Part shown: in pieces, positions 42,223 to 51,559 of the stretch
Layout: each line of letters starts with the position of its first letter
Position numbering within the stretch: position 1 is the first letter of the stretch
Origin: an uncultured delta proteobacterium
GTDB taxonomy: Bacteria; Desulfobacterota; Binatia; UBA9968
Direction of reading: 5' to 3'
DNA length: 64,000 bases
Assembly (NCBI GenBank): GCA_963804165.1
Contig: CAWDPO010000001.1
Location: 64,001 to 128,000 of the forward strand
The notes under the pieces: generated by a model
Databases searched by the model: none
What the model was told of the DNA's origin: nothing
The model's input: only the letters and a program-made list of their open reading frames with translations
Position numbers and translations under genes: made by a program

Positions 42223-42684
42223 TCATCTGCGAGACGGCGGCTGATACGTTCCCGGCTCAGCGCGAAAACTGATCGTAATGCGATTCCAAGCGTTGATCGT
42301 GACCACCGTTAGGGTTAAATCCGCCAACTCCTGTTCACTGAATTGCCGGCGAGTCTGTTCGTAGAGTTCATCCGGCGCGTGATTGTCGGCGATCAACGTC
42401 AGAGTTTCGGTCCAGTCCAGGGCGGCGCGCTCGCGTTCGCTGTAGTACGGCGCCTCCCGCCACGCGACCAAACCGTAAAGGCGCTGTTCGGTTTCGCCTG
42501 CGGCCCGCGCGTCTTTCCAATGCATATCGATGCAATAAGCGCAGCCGTTGATTTGCGACGCGCGCAGCTTGATCAATTCGCGCAGCGGCGGCTCGATGCT
42601 GCTTTCGGCTAAATATTTCTCCAGGCCATACATTGCCCGTAACGCGCCGGATGCGACTTTGGTGTAATCGATTCGGGGTAACAT
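42223..42684 (-). CDS. Carboxymuconolactone decarboxylase/AhpD family protein
   Basis: LRASQINGCAYCIDMH, WRE, ERAAL and INAWNR motifs. Confidence 0.92.
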   Translation of the reverse strand: MLPRIDYTKVASGALRAMYGLEKYLAESSIEPPLRELIKLRASQINGCAYCIDMHWKDARAAGETEQRLYGLVAWREAPYYSERERAALDWTETLTLIADNHAPDELYEQTRRQFSEQELADLTLTVVTINAWNRITISFRAEPGTYQPPSRR

Positions 42685-42725
42685 CAAATTTCTCCTTTTT
42701 GTTTAATTCTCGAATCAGGTCGGTT

Positions 42726-43038
42726 TTAGCCAATGTGACTCATCGCCATTTCCTCAGCTCGGCTGGACTGCTCGTTTCGTTTCTTGGACGTTGCTGATCG
42801 ACGCACCTGAAAGAGCGTGACGAGATGAAGCATGACAAACAACGGAACAAAAAACGCAGGGATCAGAACCAGCGGCAAGCGCGCCACTGGAAAGGTGGTG
42901 ACGCCAATCGCGGGTACCGGCGGCACCCCGGGCGCTCTGACAAATGCTCCGCTAGCGCCAAGCACAAAAACCAGCCCGAACCAAATCGCCAGCCCGGCTG
43001 CGACGCTTGACGGCATTAGGATCTGGCATCGTTTTCAT
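42726..43038 (-). pseudogene. Membrane protein remnant with apparent internal deletion and frameshift
   Basis: N-terminal TM (WFGLVF.LGA.GAF) is joined directly to the C-terminal M/V..LPLVLIPAF.VP..LH segment. Confidence 0.55.
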
Positions 43039-43092
43039 GACAACCTCACGATTGTTAATTTGAACATTCTGCCCAGGCAATTTCTAACCTTG

Positions 43093-43107
43093 GCAATGGT
43101 TGTGCCA
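43093..43107 (-). promoter_or_regulatory. Sigma54 promoter
   Basis: TGGCAC-AACCA-TTGC on the minus strand. Confidence 0.85.
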
Positions 43108-43204
43108 CGCCGCTCGGGGAGCGTAAAAAATGTCGCCGATGATGCAATTGATCGAAGATTATTGTGAGGCGATCTGCGGCCTAGCGATAACTCAGCCGAA
43201 GTCT

Positions 43205-43236
43205 GACGATTTTTCGGCACGTGACTAAATCTAGGC
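43205..43236. promoter_or_regulatory. Tandem palindromic enhancer (UAS), copy 2
   Basis: GACGATTTTTCGGC-ACGT-GACTAAATCTAGGC, 98 bp upstream of the -24 element. Confidence 0.65.
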
Positions 43237-43297
43237 GCGCCAGAATTGAATGCGACTCGGTCGATAATTGCCCATGCGATGTGTCGGGAAGAGCGCT

Positions 43298-44401
43298 TCA
43301 GCCTCGCAACGCCAATGGCAGAACTTCGTCGATCAAGACCTGATCGAACTTTTTGGGCTCTTCAAACGGTGGATTATGAGCCGACTGCTCGAACCAAACC
43401 AATCGTTTGTACGGCGCGTTGACTTTGTCGAAGTACGTTTTGGCCAGAACCGACGGGACATGCCAATCATACCGTCCAAGCAGAAAGAAAATCGGCACGC
43501 CAAAGGATCGATACTGTTCACGAAGATTTAACCGCGCATTCTCGTCATCGAGATGGGTCAAGGAAAAGTGGTTACCCTGTCCAAACTTGATCAGATCGAC
43601 CAAGTTAGTCTCGTCCGTATTCAAAGCCGTCCAGATCAGCTTGCCGGTGGAAAGACCGCCATGGTACATGCCGCCGAACCGCTCCACCCACTCGCCTAAC
43701 GTAAGCCGATCTAAGACATTGCGAGGCAAAGGACAAATTCCACTCAGTTCACGCAAGGCGCTGTCATCGCCGTGTCTTTTGGCCGCCGACAAGGCGAACT
43801 CACAGGATAGCCGGGTTTCTTCGACGGGATTGGAAACTTGCGCGACTCCGACGTAGGCTGCGACATTCTCAGGATGGCGGTAGGAATAGATTGCCCCTAA
43901 CGCGCTGCCCCAGGAATGACCGAGTAGTACGACTTCATTTTTATGAAAGCGCTGCTTGACTAACTCGACGACTTCGTCGAGATCGCGTAAAAGTTGCTCA
44001 ATCGTCATCGACTCGGGCGGAATGTCCGAATGATACGAGCGGCCCGCGCCGCGCTGCTCCCAGTAAACAACCAGAAAGTGTTTTTCGAGTTCGGCGTTGT
44101 AATGGCGAAAAAGCGCGGATTCACTGGCGCCCGGCCCGCCGTGCAGCAGAATAAGTGCAGGGTTGTTACGGTCTTGACCGCGAAACCAGATACTTTGGGA
44201 AACGCCGCCGATACTGACGTTTTCCATTGTCGCGACGCTGCCGGGAATCACGCCACCGTGCGCATCCGTGAATGGCGCCGTACGAACGCATCCCGGGCAC
44301 GACAACAAAAGTAGGATAACGGCAAAGCGCGGAAAAAAATAACAGGATGAAAAACCGATGACCGAACCATAATCCTGGCTCGCTGTGCGAAATGTCTCCA
44401 T
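43298..44401 (-). CDS. Alpha/beta hydrolase (proline iminopeptidase-like), exported
   Basis: LHGGPG, WEQRGAG, GHSWG nucleophile, GRYD and SAH.P..EEP motifs. Confidence 0.9.
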   Translation of the reverse strand: METFRTASQDYGSVIGFSSCYFFPRFAVILLLLSCPGCVRTAPFTDAHGGVIPGSVATMENVSIGGVSQSIWFRGQDRNNPALILLHGGPGASESALFRHYNAELEKHFLVVYWEQRGAGRSYHSDIPPESMTIEQLLRDLDEVVELVKQRFHKNEVVLLGHSWGSALGAIYSYRHPENVAAYVGVAQVSNPVEETRLSCEFALSAAKRHGDDSALRELSGICPLPRNVLDRLTLGEWVERFGGMYHGGLSTGKLIWTALNTDETNLVDLIKFGQGNHFSLTHLDDENARLNLREQYRSFGVPIFFLLGRYDWHVPSVLAKTYFDKVNAPYKRLVWFEQSAHNPPFEEPKKFDQVLIDEVLPLALRG

Positions 44402-44449
44402 CCACGCTGAATCAACTCCAGCAGTCCAGCGCGGCTCGCATGGCGTCGT

Positions 44450-45139
44450 TCATTTATCCAGCCAAATATTCATCCCTGTGCCGGTTTCTTCGATGGCGAG
44501 TTTGCTAAAACGACTGCTTGCGACCAGTTCTTCGATCTCATTTTTGACATAGGCGCGTTTCTTCAGCATCAGCTCAAAAGTCCATTTCGTAATGAACGTG
44601 TCCCACCAGCTCAGGCCGATCGTGTCGACGTATTCATCGATGGTTTCCTTCGGCGCGTCCCGGCGCAAATCTATGATCAATGCTCTGGCGCCGTCTTTCA
44701 AAACGCGATGCATTTCATTGAGCGCGGCGGCGGGATGGGCAAAATTCTTGAACGCCGCGCGGCAAACGAGGAAATCGAATGTGGCATTTTCGTATGGCAT
44801 AACTGCCACATTGCCCTGACGAAAGTCGATGTGGACGCCCGCTGCGCGGGCATTTTCTTGGGCGATTTGGACAAAAGTTCTGCTGATATCCAAGCCAAAA
44901 ATCTGATAACGGCGTAGCTTCGCAAGCTCGATGGCGAGATAACCCGGTCCTGGAGCGACTTCCAAAACTCGGCTGCCCTCCGGCAAATGTCTGGTTATAT
45001 CGCTTGCGCACTGTTTGAACTCTGTGAGCGTTTTCGCCGTATTCTTCGCATACCAACGGGCGACCGGCCCCTCCATCGCCAGTCCTTTGTAGCCCTTTGA
45101 GTGTTTCGGCCTGATCTCGTCAGTCTGAATAATATCCAT
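44450..45139 (-). CDS. Class I SAM-dependent methyltransferase (UbiE-like)
   Basis: VLEVAPGPG, GLDIS, FD and EMHRVLK motifs; start placed at 45139, downstream of the promoter. Confidence 0.9.
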   Translation of the reverse strand: MDIIQTDEIRPKHSKGYKGLAMEGPVARWYAKNTAKTLTEFKQCASDITRHLPEGSRVLEVAPGPGYLAIELAKLRRYQIFGLDISRTFVQIAQENARAAGVHIDFRQGNVAVMPYENATFDFLVCRAAFKNFAHPAAALNEMHRVLKDGARALIIDLRRDAPKETIDEYVDTIGLSWWDTFITKWTFELMLKKRAYVKNEIEELVASSRFSKLAIEETGTGMNIWLDK

Positions 45140-45160
45140 GTTCGCTCCGCTTGAATTAAA

Positions 45161-45177
45161 TGCAATGTCGGTGCCAA
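45161..45177 (-). promoter_or_regulatory. Sigma54 promoter
   Basis: TTGGCAC-CGACA-TTGCA on the minus strand. Confidence 0.8.
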
Positions 45178-45589
45178 TAGTGAATTCCACAGAGAGTCCG
45201 GAAAACTAAAGACTGCAATTATCGCGAGGCGAAATCACAATCAAAATTGTGATGAACTGAGACCTGTTCATGCCTCAGCGGCACGGGCGCAGGAAGATTC
45301 ATACACGCCGCTTCATTTCCTCCATACGGCCGGTGGCAACGGTTGAAGATCCATCGATGTCGTGCGCGCCAATAACGACCAAAAATGTAGGAGGAAAAAA
45401 CCTTCGACGGCTTAAGCGCAGATCAGAACGACTCGGTGCGATCCTCACCAAAGATTTCCTTGTGCTTGGCGTCAACCAGATTGGCATTGAACCAACTCGG
45501 GTAAAGGTTCGCCGGCGCGGAGATCCGCCGACTCGAAGCAACTCAAAAGAACTTGCTACGTCAATGACGAAGCTGGAACGAGCACGCCT

Positions 45590-45997
45590 TCAGTTGATTT
45601 GCTCTCGCTCCCGTGGATACGCCGGCAGTCGATCATCTAAAACAATCCAGGATAGACAGCTCTCCGTCCAGGTATGATCTTCCGGTATCAGTGTTTCCGG
45701 TTCGTCCAGGCTGCCGAGTGTTACGTCAATGGAGTCCGGCAAATCGGCGCGACGATAAGTCAATGCAGTTCCGCAATGACTGCAGAAAGTGCGCTTGACG
45801 TTTGGCGAGGACGCGTAGAAAGCCGGTTCGCGCTTGGTAAACGTGAATTTGTCTGTATCGAAACCGGCCCACGTCACAAACGGCGCGCCGCTCGCACGGC
45901 GGCAGGTTTTGCAATGGCAATGGGTGATGCCATGAGCCGGTCCATATGCGCGATAGCGAATTGCGCCACAAAGACATCCGCCTTCAATAGCTTCCAC
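45590..45997 (-). CDS. GFA (CENP-V/glutathione-dependent formaldehyde-activating) family protein
   Basis: GGCLCG, CHC..CRR and R.FC..CGT motifs. Confidence 0.92.
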   Translation of the reverse strand: MEAIEGGCLCGAIRYRAYGPAHGITHCHCKTCRRASGAPFVTWAGFDTDKFTFTKREPAFYASSPNVKRTFCSHCGTALTYRRADLPDSIDVTLGSLDEPETLIPEDHTWTESCLSWIVLDDRLPAYPREREQIN

Positions 45998-46079
45998 GAT
46001 GATCGTCTCCTTTGAATTGTAAAAACGCGTGAGGTTTTCCGTGGTTCGAACCTGATCGTTACCCTATTCCCATACTGAC

Positions 46080-46502
46080 TTATGTGAAGTTGGCACCCTT
46101 TCTGATTAACCCCACCCCCAAAGTGATGACTCCGGCAGCCAGAACAACTGCGCCGACATACGCCAGATAGATCAATCCGTTGGGCTCGCGGGCTTGGGGC
46201 GATAGGACCGAAAGGAAAAAAGCTACCGGCAAAAGAATCGCCGCGGACGGCGCGGCCAACCTGACGAATCTCTTTGCTGGCTCCGACAAATGCGCGTCGT
46301 CGACGTAGCGAAGAACCAGCAGACTCAAAATCAGCAGCAGGCCGGCATGCGCGTGACCAGCCCGCCAGAGATTTTGTCGCAACGGGTTAGCCGCGTAACC
46401 TGGCTCCCAAATCAGCATGGATAATAGGCTCCCGCCACCGATCATGACGGTTGGGAGAACGACCAGTAGAATCCCGGCGATTCGGTACGATTCTTTGCTC
46501 AA
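46080..46502 (-). CDS. 4-TM membrane protein with RAGHAHAG motif
   Basis: Four hydrophobic segments; conserved HAH motif; RBS GAGGAG. Confidence 0.75.
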   Translation of the reverse strand: MSKESYRIAGILLVVLPTVMIGGGSLLSMLIWEPGYAANPLRQNLWRAGHAHAGLLLILSLLVLRYVDDAHLSEPAKRFVRLAAPSAAILLPVAFFLSVLSPQAREPNGLIYLAYVGAVVLAAGVITLGVGLIRKGANFT

Positions 46503-46577
46503 TTCTGTCTCCTCAAGCCTCTACCTACGAACGACGACTCACCCGGGGAGAGTTGCGATCTCATCCGCAGAATTTGC

Positions 46578-46763
46578 CTAGTCGGCTTTTTCTTCATCGC
46601 ACACGGACACGTCCAACAACGCTCCAGCTTCGCGGCAATCCAAGTCATATTGCTGCATGAGTAAGGTCGCCGCATCTTCGCGGCGATCTTCATGCAACGC
46701 GTTACGCGCTTCAGGAGACAGCGTCTTTCCGCCAAGCAGAAGTGGCACAAACGAAAGTTTCAT
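46578..46763 (-). CDS. Small Cys-pair protein A (61 aa)
   Basis: MKLSFVPLLLGG..SPEAR.AL...DAA..L...Y.L.C.EAG.LLD...C; RBS AAAGGA; paralog at 50347-50524. Confidence 0.75.
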   Translation of the reverse strand: MKLSFVPLLLGGKTLSPEARNALHEDRREDAATLLMQQYDLDCREAGALLDVSVCDEEKAD

Positions 46764-46806
46764 GAGAAATGATCCTTTCTTGAGTCTTTTGTCGGACGTG
46801 TTATGC

Positions 46807-46822
46807 GCAACGCGCATGCCAA
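46807..46822 (-). promoter_or_regulatory. Sigma54 promoter
   Basis: TTGGCAT-GCGCG-TTGC on the minus strand. Confidence 0.85.
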
Positions 46823-46926
46823 CGCGGTTTACCGGATAAATTCCGTGTTAACTGTACCAATCCGGGAGCTTGGACGACAGAAATTTCGTCTTGAAAAGAA
46901 AACCGAAAATGTGCCGAAGGCTGCGT

Positions 46927-46958
46927 GCCGATTTATCGGCAGACGCCGAAATGATGGC
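46927..46958. promoter_or_regulatory. Tandem palindromic enhancer (UAS), copy 3
   Basis: GCCGATTTATCGGC-AGAC-GCCGAAATGATGGC, 106 bp upstream of the -24 element. Confidence 0.75.
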
Positions 46959-47040
46959 TTGAAGCGAAGTAGCTGACCACTCTCATCATCACAGAGCGGA
47001 TAGCTCTTAGGATCGGCCTGCACGACTCATTTGAATTTCC

Positions 47041-47793
47041 CTACTGTAACGGCGCAGTTCTCCACCTTTCGAGGCGAAAGCCGGGATCCCAGCCCAGCTC
47101 GCGGCGCGCTTTCGCAATCGAAACAAAGCCGGTGTCCGCAGCGATGTTGAAAATACCGGTTACCGTTCGCTCGATCGCCAGCAGCGTCGCTTGCGCTGCG
47201 GCGTCGACGTGAACTGGTGCTGACCCATTCGGTTTAGCGCTGCCAGTTGCAGGACCGTAGAACTGCCCATAACGCAGGACCACGCCGACAAGCGGCGCCG
47301 ACCCCAGGGTCAATCGCTCCAACGTGGCGACGCCCTGTACGCTGATGGCACGGGCTCCGTCGGAGGCCAGATCGAGCGGAGCACTTTCTAAATAAGGCTG
47401 CGGCCCTGGCGCATAGGCCCAGGCGATACTCTGCGCAATCAGGCGGCTCGCTCCCGCTGCCGAAGCGGCAGCAACGAGATTTTTCGTTCCCTCACTGCGA
47501 ATGCGCGCGTTACGTGCGGTCGCCTCCGCTCTCAGCTTTGGATCGCGGCCGAGGCGCAGATCCGAGAGCTGGTGAATGACGATGTCCGGCTGCACCGTAG
47601 TCATCACGAGAGACAACGCCGGCGCGTCAAATACATCGATGACGATCGGCTTCACACCGGCCGCCTCAAGTTCAGCGGCTTTCGTCTCTGACCTGGTCGT
47701 GCCGAAAACTTCATATCCGGTATTCGCGAGGAGCGGCCCTAGCCGACTGCCGATCGCGCCGGTCGCTCCTGCAAGAAAAACTTTGCGCGGCAT
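47041..47793 (-). CDS. NAD-dependent epimerase/dehydratase family protein
   Basis: VFLAGATGAIG, PDIVIHQL, LRYG.FYG and VHVD.AA motifs. Confidence 0.88.
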   Translation of the reverse strand: MPRKVFLAGATGAIGSRLGPLLANTGYEVFGTTRSETKAAELEAAGVKPIVIDVFDAPALSLVMTTVQPDIVIHQLSDLRLGRDPKLRAEATARNARIRSEGTKNLVAAASAAGASRLIAQSIAWAYAPGPQPYLESAPLDLASDGARAISVQGVATLERLTLGSAPLVGVVLRYGQFYGPATGSAKPNGSAPVHVDAAAQATLLAIERTVTGIFNIAADTGFVSIAKARRELGWDPGFRLERWRTAPLQ

Positions 47794-47865
47794 AAATGTC
47801 ACTCCAAGGATTTTAAATTCGATCCGACAGCGGGCCCGACTGTCCTCGGGAATCTCGGACGTCAA

Positions 47866-48646
47866 TCAATAAATAGTTCGGACGAGACCGCCTTCCGCCC
47901 GCAGGGCAGCACCGTTAGTGGCCGACGACAGAGGACTTGCAACGAAAGCCGTCAAGTTTGCAATCTCACGTGGGTCAATCAAGCGTTGCAAGAGAGACGA
48001 AGATCGGTGCTTTTCAAAAAATTCCTTCTCGGCTTCTGCCGGTGTGGGTTCTGTCTTCGAGGACACGCTCCGCAAGAAATCGACGATTCCTTCAGACATC
48101 GTCGGTCCCGGGAGAATCGAGTTGACGGTAACTTTCGTTCCCTTGGTCAGCTCGGCGAGCCCTCTCGCAACCGCAAGCTGAGCTGACTTGGTAAACCCGT
48201 AGTGAACCATTTCTGGGGGAGTCATGATGCCGGAGTCGCTGGAAATGAAAATGATCCGGCCGAAGTTGCGCTCTAGCATGCCGCGCATGTAGTGACGCGC
48301 GAGACGAACGCCGCTCATCACGTTGATCTTGAAAATATGCATCCAGTCGGAATCTTGAAGCTCGAAGAATGCCGAGGTTGTTCACCAATACATCGACAAC
48401 AGGCACGGAACTGATCATCGTTTCGATGCCGTCAGGTATACCCAAATCGGCCGCCACGACCATAACATCCAAGGCTTTTCCTGAGGATGATTGAATCGAT
48501 TCCTTGGCTTTCTCGAGTTTCGCTTGGCTACGACCCGCGATGATCACGTTCGCCCCTTCACCTGCCAGCGCCGTAGCGATCGCCAGCCCGATGCCGGAAG
48601 TCGATCCTGATACGAGCGCTTTCTTGCCGTCCAATTGTAAGTTCAC
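47866..48646 (-). CDS. SDR family oxidoreductase, frameshift near 48350
   Basis: SGSTSGIG and NNLGI in the first ORF; NVMSG, YGFTK, VNSILPG and TNGAALR.EGG in the second. Confidence 0.88.
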
Positions 48647-48709
48647 CTGCAAGTCCCCCTTTTGATACTACTCAACTCGAATTTCTATGTCGTCAACACG
48701 CGAAGCGAA

Positions 48710-49144
48710 TCAGAGGTTCACCAGTCCCATCATCTCTTCAGGATAACGCCCGCCACTTGCTACGCCGCGCGGCGCGACCTCATCGATACGTTCTAGCTCT
48801 TTCGCGCTGAGCTGTATTCCTACGGCAGCGGCGTTCTGCTCCAGATAGCTGCGCCGCTTCGTTCCAGGAATCGGAATGATGTCATCGTCTTGCGCCAGCA
48901 CCCAAGCGAGCGCTAGTTGTGAAGCGGTGCAACCCTTTTCGCTCGCAATCGCCTCGACGCGTCGGACCAATTCCAGATTGCGGCGAAAGTTTTCCCCCTG
49001 GAAGCGGGGATTGGTGCGGCGCCAATCATCCGCCGACAGATCCTCCTCCCGCTTGAACTCGCCGTACGCGTAAGACATGCCCATGCAGCCAAGACCGATC
49101 GCCGAAACCAACGGTCCATTCTTACCTAAACGTCTTTGCTTCAT
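48710..49144 (-). pseudogene. Aldo/keto reductase with large in-frame internal deletion
   Basis: N-terminal GLGCMGMS..YG fused directly to the C-terminal PRFQGEN, QLALAWVL and PIPGTK; the catalytic D/Y/K/H region is missing. Confidence 0.85.
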
Positions 49145-49203
49145 TTGTTGTTCTCCCTTTTTCTCAAGACACCTGACGGTGCCAAAATAATATTCCCGCG
49201 TCG

Positions 49204-50217
49204 TTATTGCTTTTGCTGCGCGACGCGGACGATCAGTTTGCCGAAATTGCGTCCTTGCAAAAGTCCAATCAACGCTTCGGGCGCATGCTCCAAACCATCG
49301 ACGATATCTTCACGGTATTTGATGCGCCCATCGCGCAGCCACGCGGATACATCGCGCAAAAAATCGCCGAACCGCGCGCCGTGGTCGGTGATGATAAAAC
49401 CGCGCACCGTCAGGCGCTTGCTAAGCACATGTCGGAAGTCCGGGCTCGGAGCCGACGTCGCGTCGTTGTAGTGCGCAACAAGTCCGCAGACAACCGCGCG
49501 CGCGAAATTATTGAGCAGCGGCCAGATTGCCTGCAGTACAGCGCCGCCGACGTTTTCGAAATCGACGTCGACTCCATTCGGACAAGCGCGCGCGAGCGCC
49601 GGTGCGAAATCCGCCGCGCGATGATCGATGCATGCATCGAAGCCAAGTTCATCAACGACGTAGCGGCGCTTCGTCTCGCCGCCGGCAATACCGATTACTC
49701 GGCAGCCTTTGATCTTGGCGATTTGGCCAACCACTGAACCCACCGCGCCGGAAGCGGCTGACACGACTATGGTTTCCCCGGGCTTTGGCTGACCAATATC
49801 GAGCAGACCGAAATAGGCCGTATGTCCCGGCATGCCGAGCACTCCGAGCGCCGTCGAAACCGGCGCCAGCGCCGGATCTAACTTGCGCAATGTTTTGGCG
49901 GGAATGACCGCGTAGTCTTGCCAATTGCCGAAACCGACGACGATATCGCCGGGAACAAAGGCCGGGTCGCGCGAAGTGATCACCTCGCCGACCGTCTGGC
50001 CGACCATGACGCCACCGATCGGCACCGGCGCGGCGTACGATTTCGTTTCGTTCATCCGCCCGCGCATGTACGGATCGAGCGAAAGAAAAAGCGTGCGCGT
50101 CAGCACTTCTCCATCAGACGGCTCGGGAATCGGAGCATCGACGATCTCGAAATTGGCTTGGGTGGGCACGCCCACCGGCCGGGAGGCCAATCTAACTTGC
50201 CGGTTCAGCTTTGCCAT
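49204..50217 (-). CDS. NADP-dependent oxidoreductase (MDR, CurA/PGR-like)
   Basis: SLDPYMRGRM, LGMPG.TAY.GL, AASGAVG, ENVGG and G.NFGK motifs. Confidence 0.93.
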   Translation of the reverse strand: MAKLNRQVRLASRPVGVPTQANFEIVDAPIPEPSDGEVLTRTLFLSLDPYMRGRMNETKSYAAPVPIGGVMVGQTVGEVITSRDPAFVPGDIVVGFGNWQDYAVIPAKTLRKLDPALAPVSTALGVLGMPGHTAYFGLLDIGQPKPGETIVVSAASGAVGSVVGQIAKIKGCRVIGIAGGETKRRYVVDELGFDACIDHRAADFAPALARACPNGVDVDFENVGGAVLQAIWPLLNNFARAVVCGLVAHYNDATSAPSPDFRHVLSKRLTVRGFIITDHGARFGDFLRDVSAWLRDGRIKYREDIVDGLEHAPEALIGLLQGRNFGKLIVRVAQQKQ

Positions 50218-50346
50218 GCCACTTTCCTCCATGGGTCATTCGACTCAACCGCCGGGCGTTCGCCAAACGATTGCAAAATTACGCGACGCTGATCAGAAAA
50301 CGGTCAGAACCGTGCAACATCCCTTTCTAGAAACCAAATAAAGCGA

Positions 50347-50524
50347 TCAATCATCCTGGCACGCGGCGATATCTAAAAGATGTCCGGCTTCAACACAATT
50401 CAACCCGTATCCCGCGATCAAGATGTCCGCTGCATCCTTGATACGGTTCTCCCGCAAAGCCTGACGCGCTTCAGCTGAGATGCTTTCTCCGGTGAGCAGC
50501 AAGGGCACAAGTGAAAATTTCCAT
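50347..50524 (-). CDS. Small Cys-pair protein B (~58 aa), one extra G after the ATG; absent from the ORF track
   Basis: (M)KFSLVPLLLTGESISAEARQALRENRIKDAADILIAGYGLNCVEAGHLLDIAACQDD*, clearly homologous to 46578-46763. Confidence 0.7.
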
Positions 50525-50587
50525 ATGACATCGTCCTTTCTTCATAGTCCCGTTGTTTGAAAGACTGCGCAAGGGACGACGCTCCTT

Positions 50588-51322
50588 TCACACCTCACAC
50601 CACGCCGCGGCCAGCTTGCACGTTTGTCCGGTGATCCAACGGGCGGCGTCACTGGCGAGAAATAAGGCCACCTCGGAGATGTCTTCCGGAGCACCGACGC
50701 AATTGAAGGGCGACAAACTCGCGCCGTAATCGCGGTACTCATCGGGCATGTCCGTATCGGTAAATCCCGGCGAGAGAACGTTTACGGTGACATTGCGCGG
50801 ACCCAACCCGAGCGACAGCGAGCGAGCGAACTGCTCGATGGCCCCTTTACTGCCGAGATAGAGCGACATGTTGGCAAAATGCATTTTCGTACCGCCGGTC
50901 GAAACGACGACAATGTGACCGCCCTCGCGCACACGGCGGGCGGCCTCTTGCAACGTGAAAAAGACCCCTCTCGTATTGATGTCGAAAATGTAATCGTAAT
51001 CCGCCTCGGTGTTTTCGATCAGCGGTTTTTCAATATGGACGCCGGCGTTGGCGATGACGATATCGAGACCGCCCATCGCCTTTTCAGCTTCGCTGAATAA
51101 GCGCCGCACCTCCGCAGGTCTGGAAACATCAGCGTGAATCGCTATGGCGTTGCCGCCCTTCGTCGAGATCGACATTACGACCTCATGGGCCAGTTGTTCG
51201 TTACGCGCGTAGTTGATAACGACCGACGCACCATCTGCAGCAAGCCGTTCAGCGATTGCCCGGCCGATGCCACGTGAACCGCCGGTAATGAGCGCCGTTT
51301 TTCCCTCGAGTGACATAGACAT
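50588..51322 (-). CDS. SDR family oxidoreductase
   Basis: TGGSRGIG, ANAG, YLGSK and PGFTDT motifs; the last residues are probably frameshifted. Confidence 0.92.
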   Translation of the reverse strand: MSMSLEGKTALITGGSRGIGRAIAERLAADGASVVINYARNEQLAHEVVMSISTKGGNAIAIHADVSRPAEVRRLFSEAEKAMGGLDIVIANAGVHIEKPLIENTEADYDYIFDINTRGVFFTLQEAARRVREGGHIVVVSTGGTKMHFANMSLYLGSKGAIEQFARSLSLGLGPRNVTVNVLSPGFTDTDMPDEYRDYGASLSPFNCVGAPEDISEVALFLASDAARWITGQTCKLAAAWCEV

Positions 51323-51412
51323 GTTCTCTTCCGGTTAAATTTTTATTTCAAACACCGCTGGGGGACAGATCACGGATGCCGCGGTGGCCTCCCATGTTGT
51401 CCCAATAGTTTA

Positions 51413-51428
51413 ACAAGGTGCGTGCCAG
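51413..51428 (-). promoter_or_regulatory. Sigma54 promoter (TTGT variant at -12)
   Basis: CTGGCAC-GCACC-TTGT on the minus strand. Confidence 0.65.
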
Positions 51429-51526
51429 GCCCTGTGGTGTTCGAAGGAAGCCTATAAATGCTTCGCACAGACGCACTTAGACAGCTCCTGATTAGGGTTT
51501 GAAAACGAACGTGATGAAGAAAGCCT

Positions 51527-51558
51527 GCCGACTTATCGGCAAGCGCCGAAATAGTGGC
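51527..51558. promoter_or_regulatory. Tandem palindromic enhancer (UAS), copy 4
   Basis: GCCGACTTATCGGC-AAGC-GCCGAAATAGTGGC, 100 bp upstream of the -24 element and abutting the activator stop codon. Confidence 0.75.
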
Positions 51559-51559
51559 G

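Noticed and set aside
45270-45677. ORFs 45299..45541 (-) and 45270..45677 (+)
   Set aside because: No RBS or domain, Arg/Ser-rich composition typical of non-coding frames
49170-49186. Minus-strand TTGGCAC upstream of the AKR
   Set aside because: The -12 position reads GGTG, not TTGC
50357-50372. TGGCAC as a sigma54 promoter
   Set aside because: No -12 TTGC at the correct spacing, and it lies inside the small-protein CDS on the opposite strand
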